A stretch of 64,000 nt of DNA from an uncultured Pelagibacteraceae bacterium (GCA_902578305.1 CACHCK010000002.1:3907-67906); one strand, 5' to 3'. Shown: positions 8,280 through 19,165, counted from the stretch's first letter. Notes: generated by a model from the letters alone, not told the origin. Made by a program: numbers and translations.

Positions 8280-9561
8280 TGAAAATATCCATCATTCTTT
8301 GCATAGAGCTTATGGTTACAAGCAAAGGCATCCTAAATAATCTTCCTCCAGGAAAATTTTTGTGTTTAATCTTTTCAAATGCCTCGAGCTCCTTTGTTTT
8401 TTCACTTACCATATTTTCTGCTAAAATCTTTCCAGCAATTCCAGTTAATGCAACTCCATGCCCTGAGAAGCCTTGAGCATAATAAATTTTATCATTCACC
8501 ATCCCAATGTCAGGCACTCTATTCATTGTTAACGCTATTAATCCACCCCAGATATAGTCAATTTTTAATTCACTTAAATTTGGATACACTTTATTTAATT
8601 GCCTCTTGGTTCTTTTTTTTAATCCCTCTACAATCTTTAGTGAATAGCCTACTGCACCACCAAATATCATTCTCTTACTGTCAGATAATCTATAATAATT
8701 TAAATCAAAATTTGTATCACTAACGCAATAATCGTTTGGCAGTATTTCTCTCTGTAAATTTTGACTTAATGGCTCAGTACAAACAATATAAGTAGCACAT
8801 GGCATTATTCTATTTTCAATACCTAAATTTAAACCTTTTATATAGGCGTTGCAACATACTGCTATTTTTTTAGCTTTTACCATCCCTTTATCTGTAAGAA
8901 CCTCAACCGCATGACTTGTTTGATTAATCTTAGTAACCACAGATCTTTCATAGAGTTTTACATTTAATTTTTCTGCCGCTTTTACCAAACCCAATGCATA
9001 TTTGATTGGATGTAAATGCCCAGCCCCTTTATCAAGGACACCCCCGTAGTAAAGTGATGAACCAATTTCTTTATCGACACTATTTTTGTCAAGGAGTTCT
9101 AAATTATTATAGTTGTATGTTTTTATTTTATACTCTCTATTTTCTTCATACTCTCTAAGTTTGGCCGCGCTAGTAGCGGCACTAATTCCCCCATTTTTTT
9201 TATCACATTCAATGCCAAATTCCCTTATTCTGTCATCAATTAAATCGACGGAAGCTTGAGATATATCCCAGATTTGCCTTGCAAGCTTGATCCCATATTT
9301 CTTTTCAATTACGTCTATACCCCATGATACATCATTCCAGATTTGGCCTCCATTTCTGCCTGAAGCGCCCCATCCAAATAAATTTTGCTCAATAACAATT
9401 ACCTTTAGACCTTTTTTTGCAGCCTCTATAGCAGTTGATATCCCAGAGAAGCCCCCACCAATTACACAGATGTCGCATTCATGATTATCAATTAGTTGAT
9501 CATATGGTTTCTTTAAAGCATCAATATTTTGAGCATAGTAACTGTCTGGATAATTTTCCAT
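8272..9561 (-). CDS. FAD-dependent oxidoreductase, gamma-glutamylputrescine oxidase (PuuB/OrdL)-like
   Basis: 429 aa. It has the FAD fold CVIGGGFSGISTAIEAAKKG followed by GASGRNGGQ, as in DAO-family PuuB-type oxidases. Confidence 0.8.
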   Translation of the reverse strand: MENYPDSYYAQNIDALKKPYDQLIDNHECDICVIGGGFSGISTAIEAAKKGLKVIVIEQNLFGWGASGRNGGQIWNDVSWGIDVIEKKYGIKLARQIWDISQASVDLIDDRIREFGIECDKKNGGISAATSAAKLREYEENREYKIKTYNYNNLELLDKNSVDKEIGSSLYYGGVLDKGAGHLHPIKYALGLVKAAEKLNVKLYERSVVTKINQTSHAVEVLTDKGMVKAKKIAVCCNAYIKGLNLGIENRIMPCATYIVCTEPLSQNLQREILPNDYCVSDTNFDLNYYRLSDSKRMIFGGAVGYSLKIVEGLKKRTKRQLNKVYPNLSELKIDYIWGGLIALTMNRVPDIGMVNDKIYYAQGFSGHGVALTGIAGKILAENMVSEKTKELEAFEKIKHKNFPGGRLFRMPLLVTISSMQRMMDIFNV

Positions 9562-9578
9562 ATAAAATAAGATAGATA

Positions 9579-11783
9579 TTAAATTTTGGAATGTAAACTT
9601 TTAGGTTCATTTTTACCAGCTTGAGCTCTTTTGCCCAACCATTTTTTTATTTCATTGGCTGCCAATAAAGTTTTACCATTGTTATCATTTAAAATTCCTT
9701 CTTTAGAGTCAAAGCAAATTCCACTTAGAGTTTTTCCACTTTTGAATTTCTGTAATGTCACACCTCTTCCTTTTTGCATTAAAGGTATTTCAGAATGATC
9801 AAAAATTAGCAGTTTTACCGCTTTCTTTTCACCACTGAAAACAGCTATTAAGTCTCCTTTTTTTTGAAAACAAGAAATGGCTTTATCATTACCTTTTAAA
9901 TTCATAACCCTTTTCCCCGATTTAGTAGATGCCATTAAATCTGAGGTATTTACAAAAAATCCTTTGCCGGCACTACTTGTAATTAGATATTCCTTTTCTT
10001 GCTCATAAGTAGTTGCAAATAAAATTTCTTCATTATCATTTTTATCTATCAATAAACTAACAGGATCTCCAAAACCTCTTCCAGCAGATATTTTATTACA
10101 ATTTATTGTATAAAATTTCCCTAAAGTAGAAAAAAGTAGAAGTTTACTATTATTTTTTGATTTTATAATAAATTTTTCAGCATCACCTTCTTTATACTTC
10201 ACGTTTGTATAATCATCTTGATGCCCTTTTATAGTTTTTATCCATCCATTTTTTGAGAGTATGACCGTTACAGGATCTTTACTTTCAAATTCTTCAGTTG
10301 AGTAGTCAATTTCTTTGTATTCTGAATTTACAACAGTTTTTCTATTTGTACTATTTTCATCTTTTGAAAATATTTCTAAACTTTTTGAGAATTCTAAATT
10401 TAATTCCTTTATTTGCTCTTTTTTTGATTTTAGTAGTTTGTTTAATTCTTTCTTGTATGTATTCAAATCTTCATTTTCTTTTTTGATTTCTTTTTCTTCT
10501 AATTTTTTTAATTGCCTTAGCCTCATTGCCAGTATTGCTTCGGCTTGCCTCTTATTTATTCTAAATACGCTAATCAACTTTTTCTCAGGATCTGCCTCTG
10601 TTCTGATTATTTTAATTACTTTATTTAAATTTTTATAAACTATTAAAAAGCCTTTGAGTATTTCTAGCCTATTCTCGGTTTGAATTAATCGATATTTTGT
10701 TCTTCTTTTTAAAACATTAAACCTATGGTCAATAAATGATTTTAAGCTCTCTTTAAGTGAAAATAATTTTGGCTCGAGTTTGTGATTGATTGCATTGAAA
10801 TTAATTGCGTATCTAATTTCTAAATCTGAATTCTTACATAAGTCCTCAAAAATTACTTCAGCTTTAAAACTTCTATTTTTTGGAATGAGAACTATTCTGA
10901 TGTCTTCTGCAGACTCATCTTGAATTGCCTCTAGGTAATTTGCTTTTTTATTATCAATAAGATCAGATATTTTTTCTATAATTCTGGCTTTATTTACTTG
11001 ATAGGGAATTTCATAGACGATAATTTGATATTGACCTCTTCCAAGGTCTTCTTTTTTCCATCTTGCCCGAAGCCTTATTGTTCCCTTTCCTTTAACATAG
11101 GCATCTTTTAATGCATCATCACTGTCAATGATTTCGCCACCTGTTGGAAAATCTGGTCCCGGAACAAGTTTTAGTAATTGTGAGTTAGTATAATTTGGAT
11201 TTTTTAATAATTTTGATAAAGCCTTAAATAATTCATTGATGTTATGGGGAGGAATATTTGTCGCCATTCCAACCGCAATTCCTGAACTTCCATTAGCGAG
11301 CAAATTTGGAAACGCTGATGGAAGTACTATTGGCTCGTGATCGATGCCATCATATGTATTAATATAATCAATGGTATCCTCTGAAATATCTTTTAGCATT
11401 AGCTCTGCTAACGCGGTCAATCTTGCCTCTGTATATCTCATTGCAGCTGCATTATCTCCATCAATGTTACCAAAATTTCCTTGGCCATCAACTAACGGAT
11501 ACCTTGTTGAAAAATTCTGAGCTAATCTCACGAGTGCTTCGTAAACAGACTGATCTCCGTGCGGGTGAAATTTACCAATTACATCGCCAACTATTCTTGC
11601 TGATTTTTTAAAACCAGAACTTGAGTTTAGCCTCAATTGAAACATTGCAAACAATAGTCTTCTATGAACCGGCTTTAGCCCATCACGAATATCTGGTAGC
11701 GCTCGATGAGTAATTGTTGAAAGTGCGTATGCCAGATACTTTTCTTCTAACGCGTCAGTGAAGTTAATGTTTTTGATTTTCAT
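9579..11783 (-). CDS. parC: DNA topoisomerase IV subunit A
   Basis: 734 aa. It has [20 protein letters not shown] and the catalytic-Tyr region [10 protein letters not shown]. It is shorter than GyrA and I saw no GyrA-box (QRRGGKG). Confidence 0.9.
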   Translation of the reverse strand: MKIKNINFTDALEEKYLAYALSTITHRALPDIRDGLKPVHRRLLFAMFQLRLNSSSGFKKSARIVGDVIGKFHPHGDQSVYEALVRLAQNFSTRYPLVDGQGNFGNIDGDNAAAMRYTEARLTALAELMLKDISEDTIDYINTYDGIDHEPIVLPSAFPNLLANGSSGIAVGMATNIPPHNINELFKALSKLLKNPNYTNSQLLKLVPGPDFPTGGEIIDSDDALKDAYVKGKGTIRLRARWKKEDLGRGQYQIIVYEIPYQVNKARIIEKISDLIDNKKANYLEAIQDESAEDIRIVLIPKNRSFKAEVIFEDLCKNSDLEIRYAINFNAINHKLEPKLFSLKESLKSFIDHRFNVLKRRTKYRLIQTENRLEILKGFLIVYKNLNKVIKIIRTEADPEKKLISVFRINKRQAEAILAMRLRQLKKLEEKEIKKENEDLNTYKKELNKLLKSKKEQIKELNLEFSKSLEIFSKDENSTNRKTVVNSEYKEIDYSTEEFESKDPVTVILSKNGWIKTIKGHQDDYTNVKYKEGDAEKFIIKSKNNSKLLLFSTLGKFYTINCNKISAGRGFGDPVSLLIDKNDNEEILFATTYEQEKEYLITSSAGKGFFVNTSDLMASTKSGKRVMNLKGNDKAISCFQKKGDLIAVFSGEKKAVKLLIFDHSEIPLMQKGRGVTLQKFKSGKTLSGICFDSKEGILNDNNGKTLLAANEIKKWLGKRAQAGKNEPKSLHSKI

Positions 11784-12502
11784 TTTATAATTGAAATTTT
11801 TAGATGATTCCTGCTTTTTGGGAAATTAAGATTATTTGGCTCATAAAATCTCTTTCGAAAAAAATGCTCTGTCAAACTAAGTGCATTCTCTAAATCCTCA
11901 TTATTGTATTCAGACGATCTGTTGATTAAAAAGTTTGGCAGTTTAAATAGTTTATCTTTATAAGATCCTGCTCCTTCTCTGGTTACGGCCCTTCCACTAC
12001 TTGGCGAAACAAACTTTAAATTTTCTTTCTCAGATGTTACTGCGCATTCAGTTAAATCTAGGCCGTAACCGATATCTGACAGTAAATCAATTTCCCAAAA
12101 AATATAACTTTTGATCCAATCTTCTTTATTCTTACATATATCTTTTATTAGACTTAGTGACTTTTCATACATAAAGGCATTTTGCTGTTTCTCAGCCATA
12201 GTAGATATAATTATTGAACAAATAGAATTTATGCCATGCAAATTTACTTTACGATTCAGTATATAAGATGACCACAATTTAATAGGTTCAATAGTATAAT
12301 TACCCAAGTGGCTTTCTAAACGTCCAGACCAATTTAACATTACTTCATTTCCTGGCTCTATTACTGCACGTAAGTTTTTCGAATGTATTCCTCTAATTAA
12401 TCCCTTATGCCTTCCATGGTCTTCTGTAAACGCATCTAAAATATAAGATGACTCATTATGTTTTTTAAATCCTAATACAAATCCTGTTCCAGACCACCTC
12501 AT
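11780..12502 (-). CDS. recO: DNA repair protein RecO
   Basis: 240 aa in the conserved position immediately after era. The size and N-terminal OB-fold-like region fit RecO. It has 4-nt overlaps on both sides. Confidence 0.8.
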   Translation of the reverse strand: MRWSGTGFVLGFKKHNESSYILDAFTEDHGRHKGLIRGIHSKNLRAVIEPGNEVMLNWSGRLESHLGNYTIEPIKLWSSYILNRKVNLHGINSICSIIISTMAEKQQNAFMYEKSLSLIKDICKNKEDWIKSYIFWEIDLLSDIGYGLDLTECAVTSEKENLKFVSPSSGRAVTREGAGSYKDKLFKLPNFLINRSSEYNNEDLENALSLTEHFFRKRFYEPNNLNFPKSRNHLKISIIK

Positions 12503-13347
12503 ATTTTCTTCTCTTTAGTCAGCTTTACAAATAAAAATAGGTGAATCTTTTTATTTTCAAATCTTGCGATTTCTTTTCTTGAAGCTTGACCAATTTCTTT
12601 CAACATTGAACCTTTCTTTCCAACAAGTATATTTTTATGTGATTGTCTTTTAACTACAATCGATTGGTATATTTTGATTTGACTTTCAACCTTATTAATC
12701 TTTTCAGTTACGACATCACACTGATAAGGTATCTCTCTATGTACCTTATCTAGTATTTTTTCACGTGTTACTTCTGAGTAAAATAGCTTCTTCTTAATCT
12801 GTATATTACTAGAAGGTTTACTTTTTATTGAAGTTTTAATAGTAAATTTCTTTGAAAATTTTATGAGATTTGCAACTCCTTCACCTGTGAGACTTGAGAT
12901 TGGAAATATTTCATTAAATATTTTTTCTTTAGAATAAAATTTAATTGCGCTAAGTACTTTCTCTTTTTTAACTTTGTCTATTTTATTTAGTATTAGAAAT
13001 ACATGCTGTTTTTCAATCTTATTTTCTAGAGAGTTAATAATTTTTTTATATTCATTATTAATTCTTAACGAAACATCTACAACAACGTAAATTAAATCTG
13101 AAGTCTCAATTTCCGCAAGGGGGGATGAAATGATATTATTGTTAATTTTTTTTCTACTCGAAAAAAAGCCTGGGGTATCTTGGATAATAAATTCGTTTTC
13201 AGAGAATTTCTTATAGACTTTTTGATTAAATGTAGTTGACTGTTTTTTCCTTGAAACAAGTGATACCCTCTGTCCCATTATTTTATTAACAAGAGATGAC
13301 TTTCCAGAATTTGTTGGCCCAATTAATACAATGTTTCCTCTCTTCAT
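12499..13347 (-). CDS. era: GTPase Era
   Basis: 282 aa with G1 GPTNSGKSS, G3 DTPG, G4 NKID and a C-terminal KH domain (ILVGKKGSMLKEIG). It follows rnc. Confidence 0.93.
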   Translation of the reverse strand: MKRGNIVLIGPTNSGKSSLVNKIMGQRVSLVSRKKQSTTFNQKVYKKFSENEFIIQDTPGFFSSRKKINNNIISSPLAEIETSDLIYVVVDVSLRINNEYKKIINSLENKIEKQHVFLILNKIDKVKKEKVLSAIKFYSKEKIFNEIFPISSLTGEGVANLIKFSKKFTIKTSIKSKPSSNIQIKKKLFYSEVTREKILDKVHREIPYQCDVVTEKINKVESQIKIYQSIVVKRQSHKNILVGKKGSMLKEIGQASRKEIARFENKKIHLFLFVKLTKEKKI

Positions 13348-14024
13348 TTAATAGAATTTATCTTATTTTTCTCTATGAAAGCAAGAGCAGCATTTTTTTC
13401 TGATTCTTTTATTGATGAAGAAGTTCCTATAGCTTTTTTATAATTCATAAATTCAACTTGAATTTTAAATTCAGGATTATGGTCAGGACCAGTTTTACTG
13501 ATTGTTTTATACTTTGGAAGAGTTTTATATTTTTTTAGAGTCCACTCTTGTAGCTTTGATTTTGCATCAATAATATCTTCAGCAATATTATCAAACTTTG
13601 TTTTCCATAATTCAAATATAACTTTTCTTACCTGAGTAAAACTAGAATCTAAATATATTGCTCCCAACAATGCTTCACATGCATCAGATAGAATACTTTT
13701 TTTATTGTTACCAAGTGATGATTTTTCAGTTTGTCCTAAAAGAATAAAATCTCCAAGGGATATTGTTTTTGCTATTTCATGGCAGGCATTTCTGTCTACC
13801 AGACTACTTAGCATTTTGTCGAGAGAACCCTCGTGTTTATCTGGCCTATCTATTAAAAGTCTCTCAGAAATTACTAATCCTAACACCCTATCGCCGAGAA
13901 ATTCTAAATTTTCATTACTTTCTAGTTTTTTGTAACTCTTATGTGTGACAGCCCGTTTTAATAGTGTTTTGTCTTTAAATTTGTAGGAAATTTTTTTTTC
14001 TAAAATTGATAAATTTTTTACCAT
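13344..14024 (-). CDS. rnc: ribonuclease III
   Basis: 226 aa with the RNase III signature ENLEFLGDRVLG and a C-terminal dsRBD. Confidence 0.95.
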   Translation of the reverse strand: MVKNLSILEKKISYKFKDKTLLKRAVTHKSYKKLESNENLEFLGDRVLGLVISERLLIDRPDKHEGSLDKMLSSLVDRNACHEIAKTISLGDFILLGQTEKSSLGNNKKSILSDACEALLGAIYLDSSFTQVRKVIFELWKTKFDNIAEDIIDAKSKLQEWTLKKYKTLPKYKTISKTGPDHNPEFKIQVEFMNYKKAIGTSSSIKESEKNAALAFIEKNKINSIK

Positions 14025-14758
14025 TAACTTATTAGCTTCAGCAACCTTTTAAATTGTATATCAAAAGGCCACTTCCAAATTTCATAAAATTTTGAACCGC
14101 CTTCAGTTGAAAAAAATATAATTTGTGCCTTACCTACTAATCTGTCAAAATTTACAGAGCCCCAAAATCGGCTATCATTTGAATTATCTCTATTATCACC
14201 TAGGAAAAAGTAACTGTCATTTGGAACAATTATTTCATTAGTATTATCGCCTGGGGATCCGTCTACATAATTATAAATTTCATATGATTTTCCATTTGGT
14301 AAAGTTTCAATGAGAACTCTTGCTTTTACTACACGTCCATTTTTTAAAATTTTCGTATCCTCTCTTAATTCTTTATATTTAGCGCTTTCACCATTGATGA
14401 TTAATTTACCATCTTCAACTTTAATGATATCGCCCGGCATACCTACTAATCTTTTAATATAGTCCAAATTAGTGTGAGGCGGTTTAAATATTATAACATC
14501 TCCTCTTTCTGGACTTTTTGATAAAACTCGATCTGATATTGGCCCAAGACTAAATGGAAATGAATGTTTACTGTAACCATAATCATACTTTGAAGCAAAT
14601 AACCGATCACCAATAAGTAGGTTTGGCTCCATTGAGGAAGAGGGAATAAAAAATGGTTGGAATAAAAAAGTTCTGATCAATAAAGCTATTACCAATGCAT
14701 AAATCAATGTTAACAAATTTGATTTAAACCATGATTTACTGAGAAATTTATCGGTCAT
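14024..14758 (-). CDS. lepB: signal peptidase I
   Basis: 244 aa with an N-terminal TM segment, SSSMEPNL (Ser nucleophile box) and GDNRDNSNDSRFWG. Confidence 0.94.
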   Translation of the reverse strand: MTDKFLSKSWFKSNLLTLIYALVIALLIRTFLFQPFFIPSSSMEPNLLIGDRLFASKYDYGYSKHSFPFSLGPISDRVLSKSPERGDVIIFKPPHTNLDYIKRLVGMPGDIIKVEDGKLIINGESAKYKELREDTKILKNGRVVKARVLIETLPNGKSYEIYNYVDGSPGDNTNEIIVPNDSYFFLGDNRDNSNDSRFWGSVNFDRLVGKAQIIFFSTEGGSKFYEIWKWPFDIQFKRLLKLIS

Positions 14759-14762
14759 TAGA

Positions 14763-15143
14763 TTAATTAATTATTACAATTGCTTGAGCGTAAGGAAACT
14801 CATCAGTAATTGTTAAACTTATGTCTGGCTCCTTATCGTTCGCAATTTTTTTGAGTTGAAGTTGAGAATTTCCATGAAAAGTAATCGTAGGTTTTCCTGA
14901 GGGTAGATTGGTAACTTCTAAATCTCTCCAAAATACTCCATTTCTAAAACCTGTGCCAAGAGCCTTTGCCGCAGCTTCCTTAGCTGCAAACCTTTTAGCA
15001 TAACAAGCTGCACTTTCTTTTCTTCTTTCACATTTTTTTATCTCATTTTCTGTAAAAATTCTTTTTTTAAACCTATCTCCAAACTTTAAAAGAGTGTTTT
15101 CTATTCTGCGTATATCAATTAAATCTGATCCTAGGCCTATCAC
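14763..15143 (-). CDS. acpS: holo-[acyl-carrier-protein] synthase
   Basis: 126 aa with IGLGSDLIDIRRI and FAAKEAAAKALG, typical of AcpS-type PPTases. Confidence 0.93.
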   Translation of the reverse strand: MIGLGSDLIDIRRIENTLLKFGDRFKKRIFTENEIKKCERRKESAACYAKRFAAKEAAAKALGTGFRNGVFWRDLEVTNLPSGKPTITFHGNSQLQLKKIANDKEPDISLTITDEFPYAQAIVIIN

Positions 15144-15880
15144 TGAATTTCACTTCCTTTTTTAATCAGTTCTCTAAATTTACTTATTGATTTTTCGAGT
15201 CCAAGAAAAACTGATTCAGAAATGATAAAATGTCCAATATTAAACTCTTTTACTTCCTTAATCTTAGATAGTTCCACTACAGAGTCGAATGTTATTCCAT
15301 GGCCAAAATGTAATTCAAGTCCAATGCTATTACTAAAATCTGCTGCATCTCTAATTCGTTCAAGTTCTGATGAAGCATCTTCCTTATAGTTTATTTTACG
15401 ACAAAATTCTCCCGTATGAAGCTCTACAATATCAGCTCCAATCTCTTTGGCCATTTTGATTTGGTCCGTTGAAGCGTCTATAAACAAAGAGACCCTTATA
15501 TTATTTTTTTTTATCTTTTCAATTTTTGGTACAAGAATATTATGATTACTTCTTACATCTATTCCGCCTTCAGTGGTTATCTCTTCTCTTTTTTCTGGAA
15601 CAATACAACATGCATTCGGGCCTGCATTCACTGCTATGTCAACCATTTCATCGGTTGGTGCCATTTCAAAATTTAATGGAATGGAAATGTTCTCTATAAT
15701 TTCATTAATATCATCGTCTCTTATATGACGCCTATCTTCTCTTAGATGCGTAGTTATTCCATCTGCTCCATATTCTTGGCACAAAAGAGCAGCTCTTAAT
15801 GGGCTTGGATAGTTTTCTCCTCTGGCATTTCTAAGAGTTGCTACGTGATCGATATTTACACCAAGACGAGGTAGGGTCAT
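15140..15880 (-). CDS. pdxJ: pyridoxine 5'-phosphate synthase
   Basis: 246 aa with the LGVNIDHVATLRNARG hallmark N-terminus and HLREDRRHI. Confidence 0.95.
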   Translation of the reverse strand: MTLPRLGVNIDHVATLRNARGENYPSPLRAALLCQEYGADGITTHLREDRRHIRDDDINEIIENISIPLNFEMAPTDEMVDIAVNAGPNACCIVPEKREEITTEGGIDVRSNHNILVPKIEKIKKNNIRVSLFIDASTDQIKMAKEIGADIVELHTGEFCRKINYKEDASSELERIRDAADFSNSIGLELHFGHGITFDSVVELSKIKEVKEFNIGHFIISESVFLGLEKSISKFRELIKKGSEIQ

Positions 15881-16465
15881 TTATATTACTCTACTGCCAG
15901 GTTTTATTGCAGGTATTTTATTAAGATCGTCTGGGAGGTTATTGGGATCATAAATTGGAATATCTAGTTTTAGGACTGATATTACATTGTGGTCTTTAAA
16001 TAATTTATGACTTGAACGATCAACGATTGTTGCGATGCCTAATAAATTAATATTTAGGGGTTTTAGTTTTTCTAAACATTCATTTGTTGATTTCCCTGTT
16101 GTAATTACATCCTCAACGAACAAGACGTTTGCATTTTCGTTAATATTAAAGCCTCTCCTCAATTCAAATTCGTTATCGACTCTCTCATAGAATATAAATT
16201 TAGATCCTAAAGATCTTGCGAGCTCATACCCGACGAGAAGACCTCCTAAAGCAGGAGAAATCACATAATCAATCTCGTCATCAATATTTTCTTGCACCCT
16301 GTACTTTAACTCTTCACAAACCATCTCTCCATTTCGAGGATCTTCAAATAACTTTGAACACTGGCAGTAAATTTTGGATCTTTTTCCCGATGAAAGTATA
16401 AAATGTCCATGTTGAATAGCTTCTACTTTTTCAAAAAAATCTTTTATTTCTTTTTCAGTTTTCAT
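15881..16465 (-). CDS. pyrE: orotate phosphoribosyltransferase
   Basis: 194 aa with the PRPP-binding motif VLFVEDVITTGKS. Confidence 0.9.
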   Translation of the reverse strand: MKTEKEIKDFFEKVEAIQHGHFILSSGKRSKIYCQCSKLFEDPRNGEMVCEELKYRVQENIDDEIDYVISPALGGLLVGYELARSLGSKFIFYERVDNEFELRRGFNINENANVLFVEDVITTGKSTNECLEKLKPLNINLLGIATIVDRSSHKLFKDHNVISVLKLDIPIYDPNNLPDDLNKIPAIKPGSRVI

Positions 16466-18591
16466 AAATTTATCAAAAGCCTACTTACAGAACTTACAAT
16501 ATCCACCTCTGAAAGAGTTTCTATAATCTTATCCAGATGATCAAGATTATGAACGTCAATAATAAAAATCATATCAAAATAATCATCGCCTTTTTCAGAT
16601 ATGTTAAGGTTAGTTATATTGCCACCTGCACTTCCAACAATGGTTGCTAATTTACCTAAAGATCCAGGTTCATTTTTAACTGAGACTTTTATTCTTGACG
16701 AAAAATACTGCTTTGGATCTACATCTTTCCATGAGGCAGTGATCCAATCTTCTTTTTTTGTTTCTTTATCTAGCTCCTTACATAAACTGGAGTGAATAAT
16801 TACACCTGAGTCTTCTGATGTAAGTCCTAAAATATTTTCATTAGGTAAAGGGAAACAGCATTCTGCATAATGAATTGCAATTCCAGGTTGGAAGTTACTT
16901 ATCTCTAAAGGCATCTTATCGTTTGTGTCTCTTCTTCTGTATCGAGAAAAAAATGATAAAGTTGAACGGGGCTTAAGCTTTGATAATTGATGTGGCTTTA
17001 TACTTCCTTTACCGATAGCAACAAGAAACTCCTCAGGACTTCTCCTATTAAAACTTTGTGCAAAATTACTAATTTCTGTGTTTGAAATATCTTCATTTCT
17101 ACCTGTGACTTTGTGTAATATTTTTAACCCTAGACTTGTAAATTCATCTTTCTCTTGCTTTTTAAAAAATCTTTTTATCGATGACTGTGCCTTTGCAGTT
17201 GTAACAATATTTTCCCAAGTTTCAGATGGAGATGGTTTTTTTGAAGTTAGTATTTCAATCTCATCACCATTTTGAAGTTTTGTAAATAAGGGTCTAGGTT
17301 TTCCATTAATCTTACATCCAACACAACGATTTCCAATTTCAGAATGAAGAGCATAAGCAAAATCGATAGAGTTAGAATTTGCAGGCAAATGAATTAAGTC
17401 ACCTTTTGGTGTAAAACAAAAGACTTGATCCTGGAACATTTCTAATTTTGTAGCTTCAAGTAAGTCCTCAGAGCTTCCACCGCTGTCTAATATTTCCACT
17501 AAATCTCTCAACCAAGTAACATTAACTGGATCTGAAGAAGAGTTATCTACTAAATTATAATTCTCTTTGTAGCTCCAGTGTGCGGCTATACCCTTATCTG
17601 CTATAGTGTTCATTTCATTTGTTCGAATTTGAAGTTCAACTCTTTGTCTTTCGGGGCCAACTATCGTTGTATGAATTGACTGATAATTGTTTATTTTTGG
17701 TGTCGATATGTAATCTTTAAATGAGCCGGGAACGGCAGACCACCGATTATGAATGATACCTAGTATACTATAACAGTCTTCAATACTTTCAGTGATAATC
17801 CTATATGCAAAAATATCAGACAATTGTCTAAAAGCAATTTGCTTATTTTGCATTTTATTCCATACAGAGAATATCTTTTTTTCACGCCCTATTATTTGAC
17901 AATTAATTTCATTTTTTTCTAAAAGACTGAATATTCTAGTTTTTATTTTATCAGTTAAATTAGACTTATCTTTTTTCAAATACTCAATTCTTGTCATCAA
18001 TGAGGAATATGCTGATGGATTTAAAATTTGAAATGATAAATCCTCTAACTCATCTTTAAATTCATGCATTCCCAATCTTCCTGCAAGAGGAGCATAAATT
18101 TCAAGAGTTTCAGATGCAATACGCTGTCTTCTTTTTTCCTGAGGAATAAATTGAATTGTTCTCATGTTATGTAAACGGTCAGCTAACTTTACTAACAAAA
18201 CCCTGATATCCTTCGACATTGCTAAAATTAATTTTCTAAAATTTTCAGCTTGAAATTTGTTTTCAGTATAGGTTTCGATTTTTGATAGTTTTGTAACACC
18301 GTTTACTAATTGAATGATTTCTTTTCCAAATTTTTCTTCAATTTCATTTTCTGTTGCAAGTGTATCCTCAAGCGTGTCATGTAATAAGCCCGTAATAATT
18401 GTGGATGTATCTAGTTTTAAATTTAACAGAATATCCGCAACTGCAACTGGATGAGATATATATGGATCTCCTGAGTGTCTTTTTTGTGACTTGTGACACT
18501 CTACCGCAAAAGAATAGGCTTTTTCTATTAATTTAGAATCAAGATGCTTATCAATCGGTTTTGCAGGTTTGTAGACTGTTGATTGTGCCAT
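16462..18591 (-). CDS. spoT: bifunctional (p)ppGpp synthetase/hydrolase (RSH family)
   Basis: 709 aa. Domains seen: HD hydrolase (HPVAVADIL...LHDTLEDT), synthetase (YRIITES...SIHTTIVGP...VELQIRT), TGS, the conserved-Cys region HYAECCFPLP, and a C-terminal ACT domain. Confidence 0.95.
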   Translation of the reverse strand: MAQSTVYKPAKPIDKHLDSKLIEKAYSFAVECHKSQKRHSGDPYISHPVAVADILLNLKLDTSTIITGLLHDTLEDTLATENEIEEKFGKEIIQLVNGVTKLSKIETYTENKFQAENFRKLILAMSKDIRVLLVKLADRLHNMRTIQFIPQEKRRQRIASETLEIYAPLAGRLGMHEFKDELEDLSFQILNPSAYSSLMTRIEYLKKDKSNLTDKIKTRIFSLLEKNEINCQIIGREKKIFSVWNKMQNKQIAFRQLSDIFAYRIITESIEDCYSILGIIHNRWSAVPGSFKDYISTPKINNYQSIHTTIVGPERQRVELQIRTNEMNTIADKGIAAHWSYKENYNLVDNSSSDPVNVTWLRDLVEILDSGGSSEDLLEATKLEMFQDQVFCFTPKGDLIHLPANSNSIDFAYALHSEIGNRCVGCKINGKPRPLFTKLQNGDEIEILTSKKPSPSETWENIVTTAKAQSSIKRFFKKQEKDEFTSLGLKILHKVTGRNEDISNTEISNFAQSFNRRSPEEFLVAIGKGSIKPHQLSKLKPRSTLSFFSRYRRRDTNDKMPLEISNFQPGIAIHYAECCFPLPNENILGLTSEDSGVIIHSSLCKELDKETKKEDWITASWKDVDPKQYFSSRIKVSVKNEPGSLGKLATIVGSAGGNITNLNISEKGDDYFDMIFIIDVHNLDHLDKIIETLSEVDIVSSVSRLLINL

Positions 18592-18603
18592 AATGCACTA
18601 TTA

Positions 18604-18633
18604 ATCATACATTATTTACGAAGTGAAGCCCAA
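18604..18633 (-). promoter_or_regulatory. candidate sigma70-type promoter upstream of spoT
   Basis: On the minus strand the site reads TTGGGC (18628-18633), an 18-nt spacer, then TATGAT (18604-18609), 12 nt before the spoT ATG. This is a hexamer match only, and in AT-rich DNA such matches can arise by chance. Confidence 0.25.
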
Positions 18634-18646
18634 AATAAATGACTAT

Positions 18647-19165
18647 TTATAAGGTATTAGTGACTTTGTATAATTTATCTTCAATATGCAAGGTTTTATG
18701 AAGCCTCATAATTGATGATTTTTTTTCAGAGTGGAGCCATCCAGGACAAATGTCCATTAAAGGCCGTAATACAAAATTTCTCTCATGGAGTCTTGGATGC
18801 GGAATTTCAATAGAATTTTTGTTCTCATTTATCAATATTTTGCTAGACTTACTAAGCAAAAGAATATCCAAATCACATGTTCGAGAAGTATTCTTACGGT
18901 AGGCGTATCTTCCAGTAATTCTCTCAATTTTTTTTAAAATTATAAGTAAATTTTTAGGTTTTAATTTTGTTTCAACAACTAAAGCAGCGTTTAAAAAAGT
19001 TTCGGCAGCAGTTTTAAAATTTTTAGGTGGAGATGAATATAATTTGGACTTTTTTATTACTTTGATATTATTACGCTCCAACTCTTTTAAAACAAATTTA
19101 AGTGTATTTAATTTATTACCAAATCTTGAGTTAGAATTTGAACCAATTCCTAAAGCGTAAATCAT
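18647..19165 (-). CDS. folK: 2-amino-4-hydroxy-6-hydroxymethyldihydropteridine diphosphokinase
   Basis: 172 aa with the HPPK motifs DLDILLL and IPHPRLHERNFVLRPL. Confidence 0.92.
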   Translation of the reverse strand: MIYALGIGSNSNSRFGNKLNTLKFVLKELERNNIKVIKKSKLYSSPPKNFKTAAETFLNAALVVETKLKPKNLLIILKKIERITGRYAYRKNTSRTCDLDILLLSKSSKILINENKNSIEIPHPRLHERNFVLRPLMDICPGWLHSEKKSSIMRLHKTLHIEDKLYKVTNTL

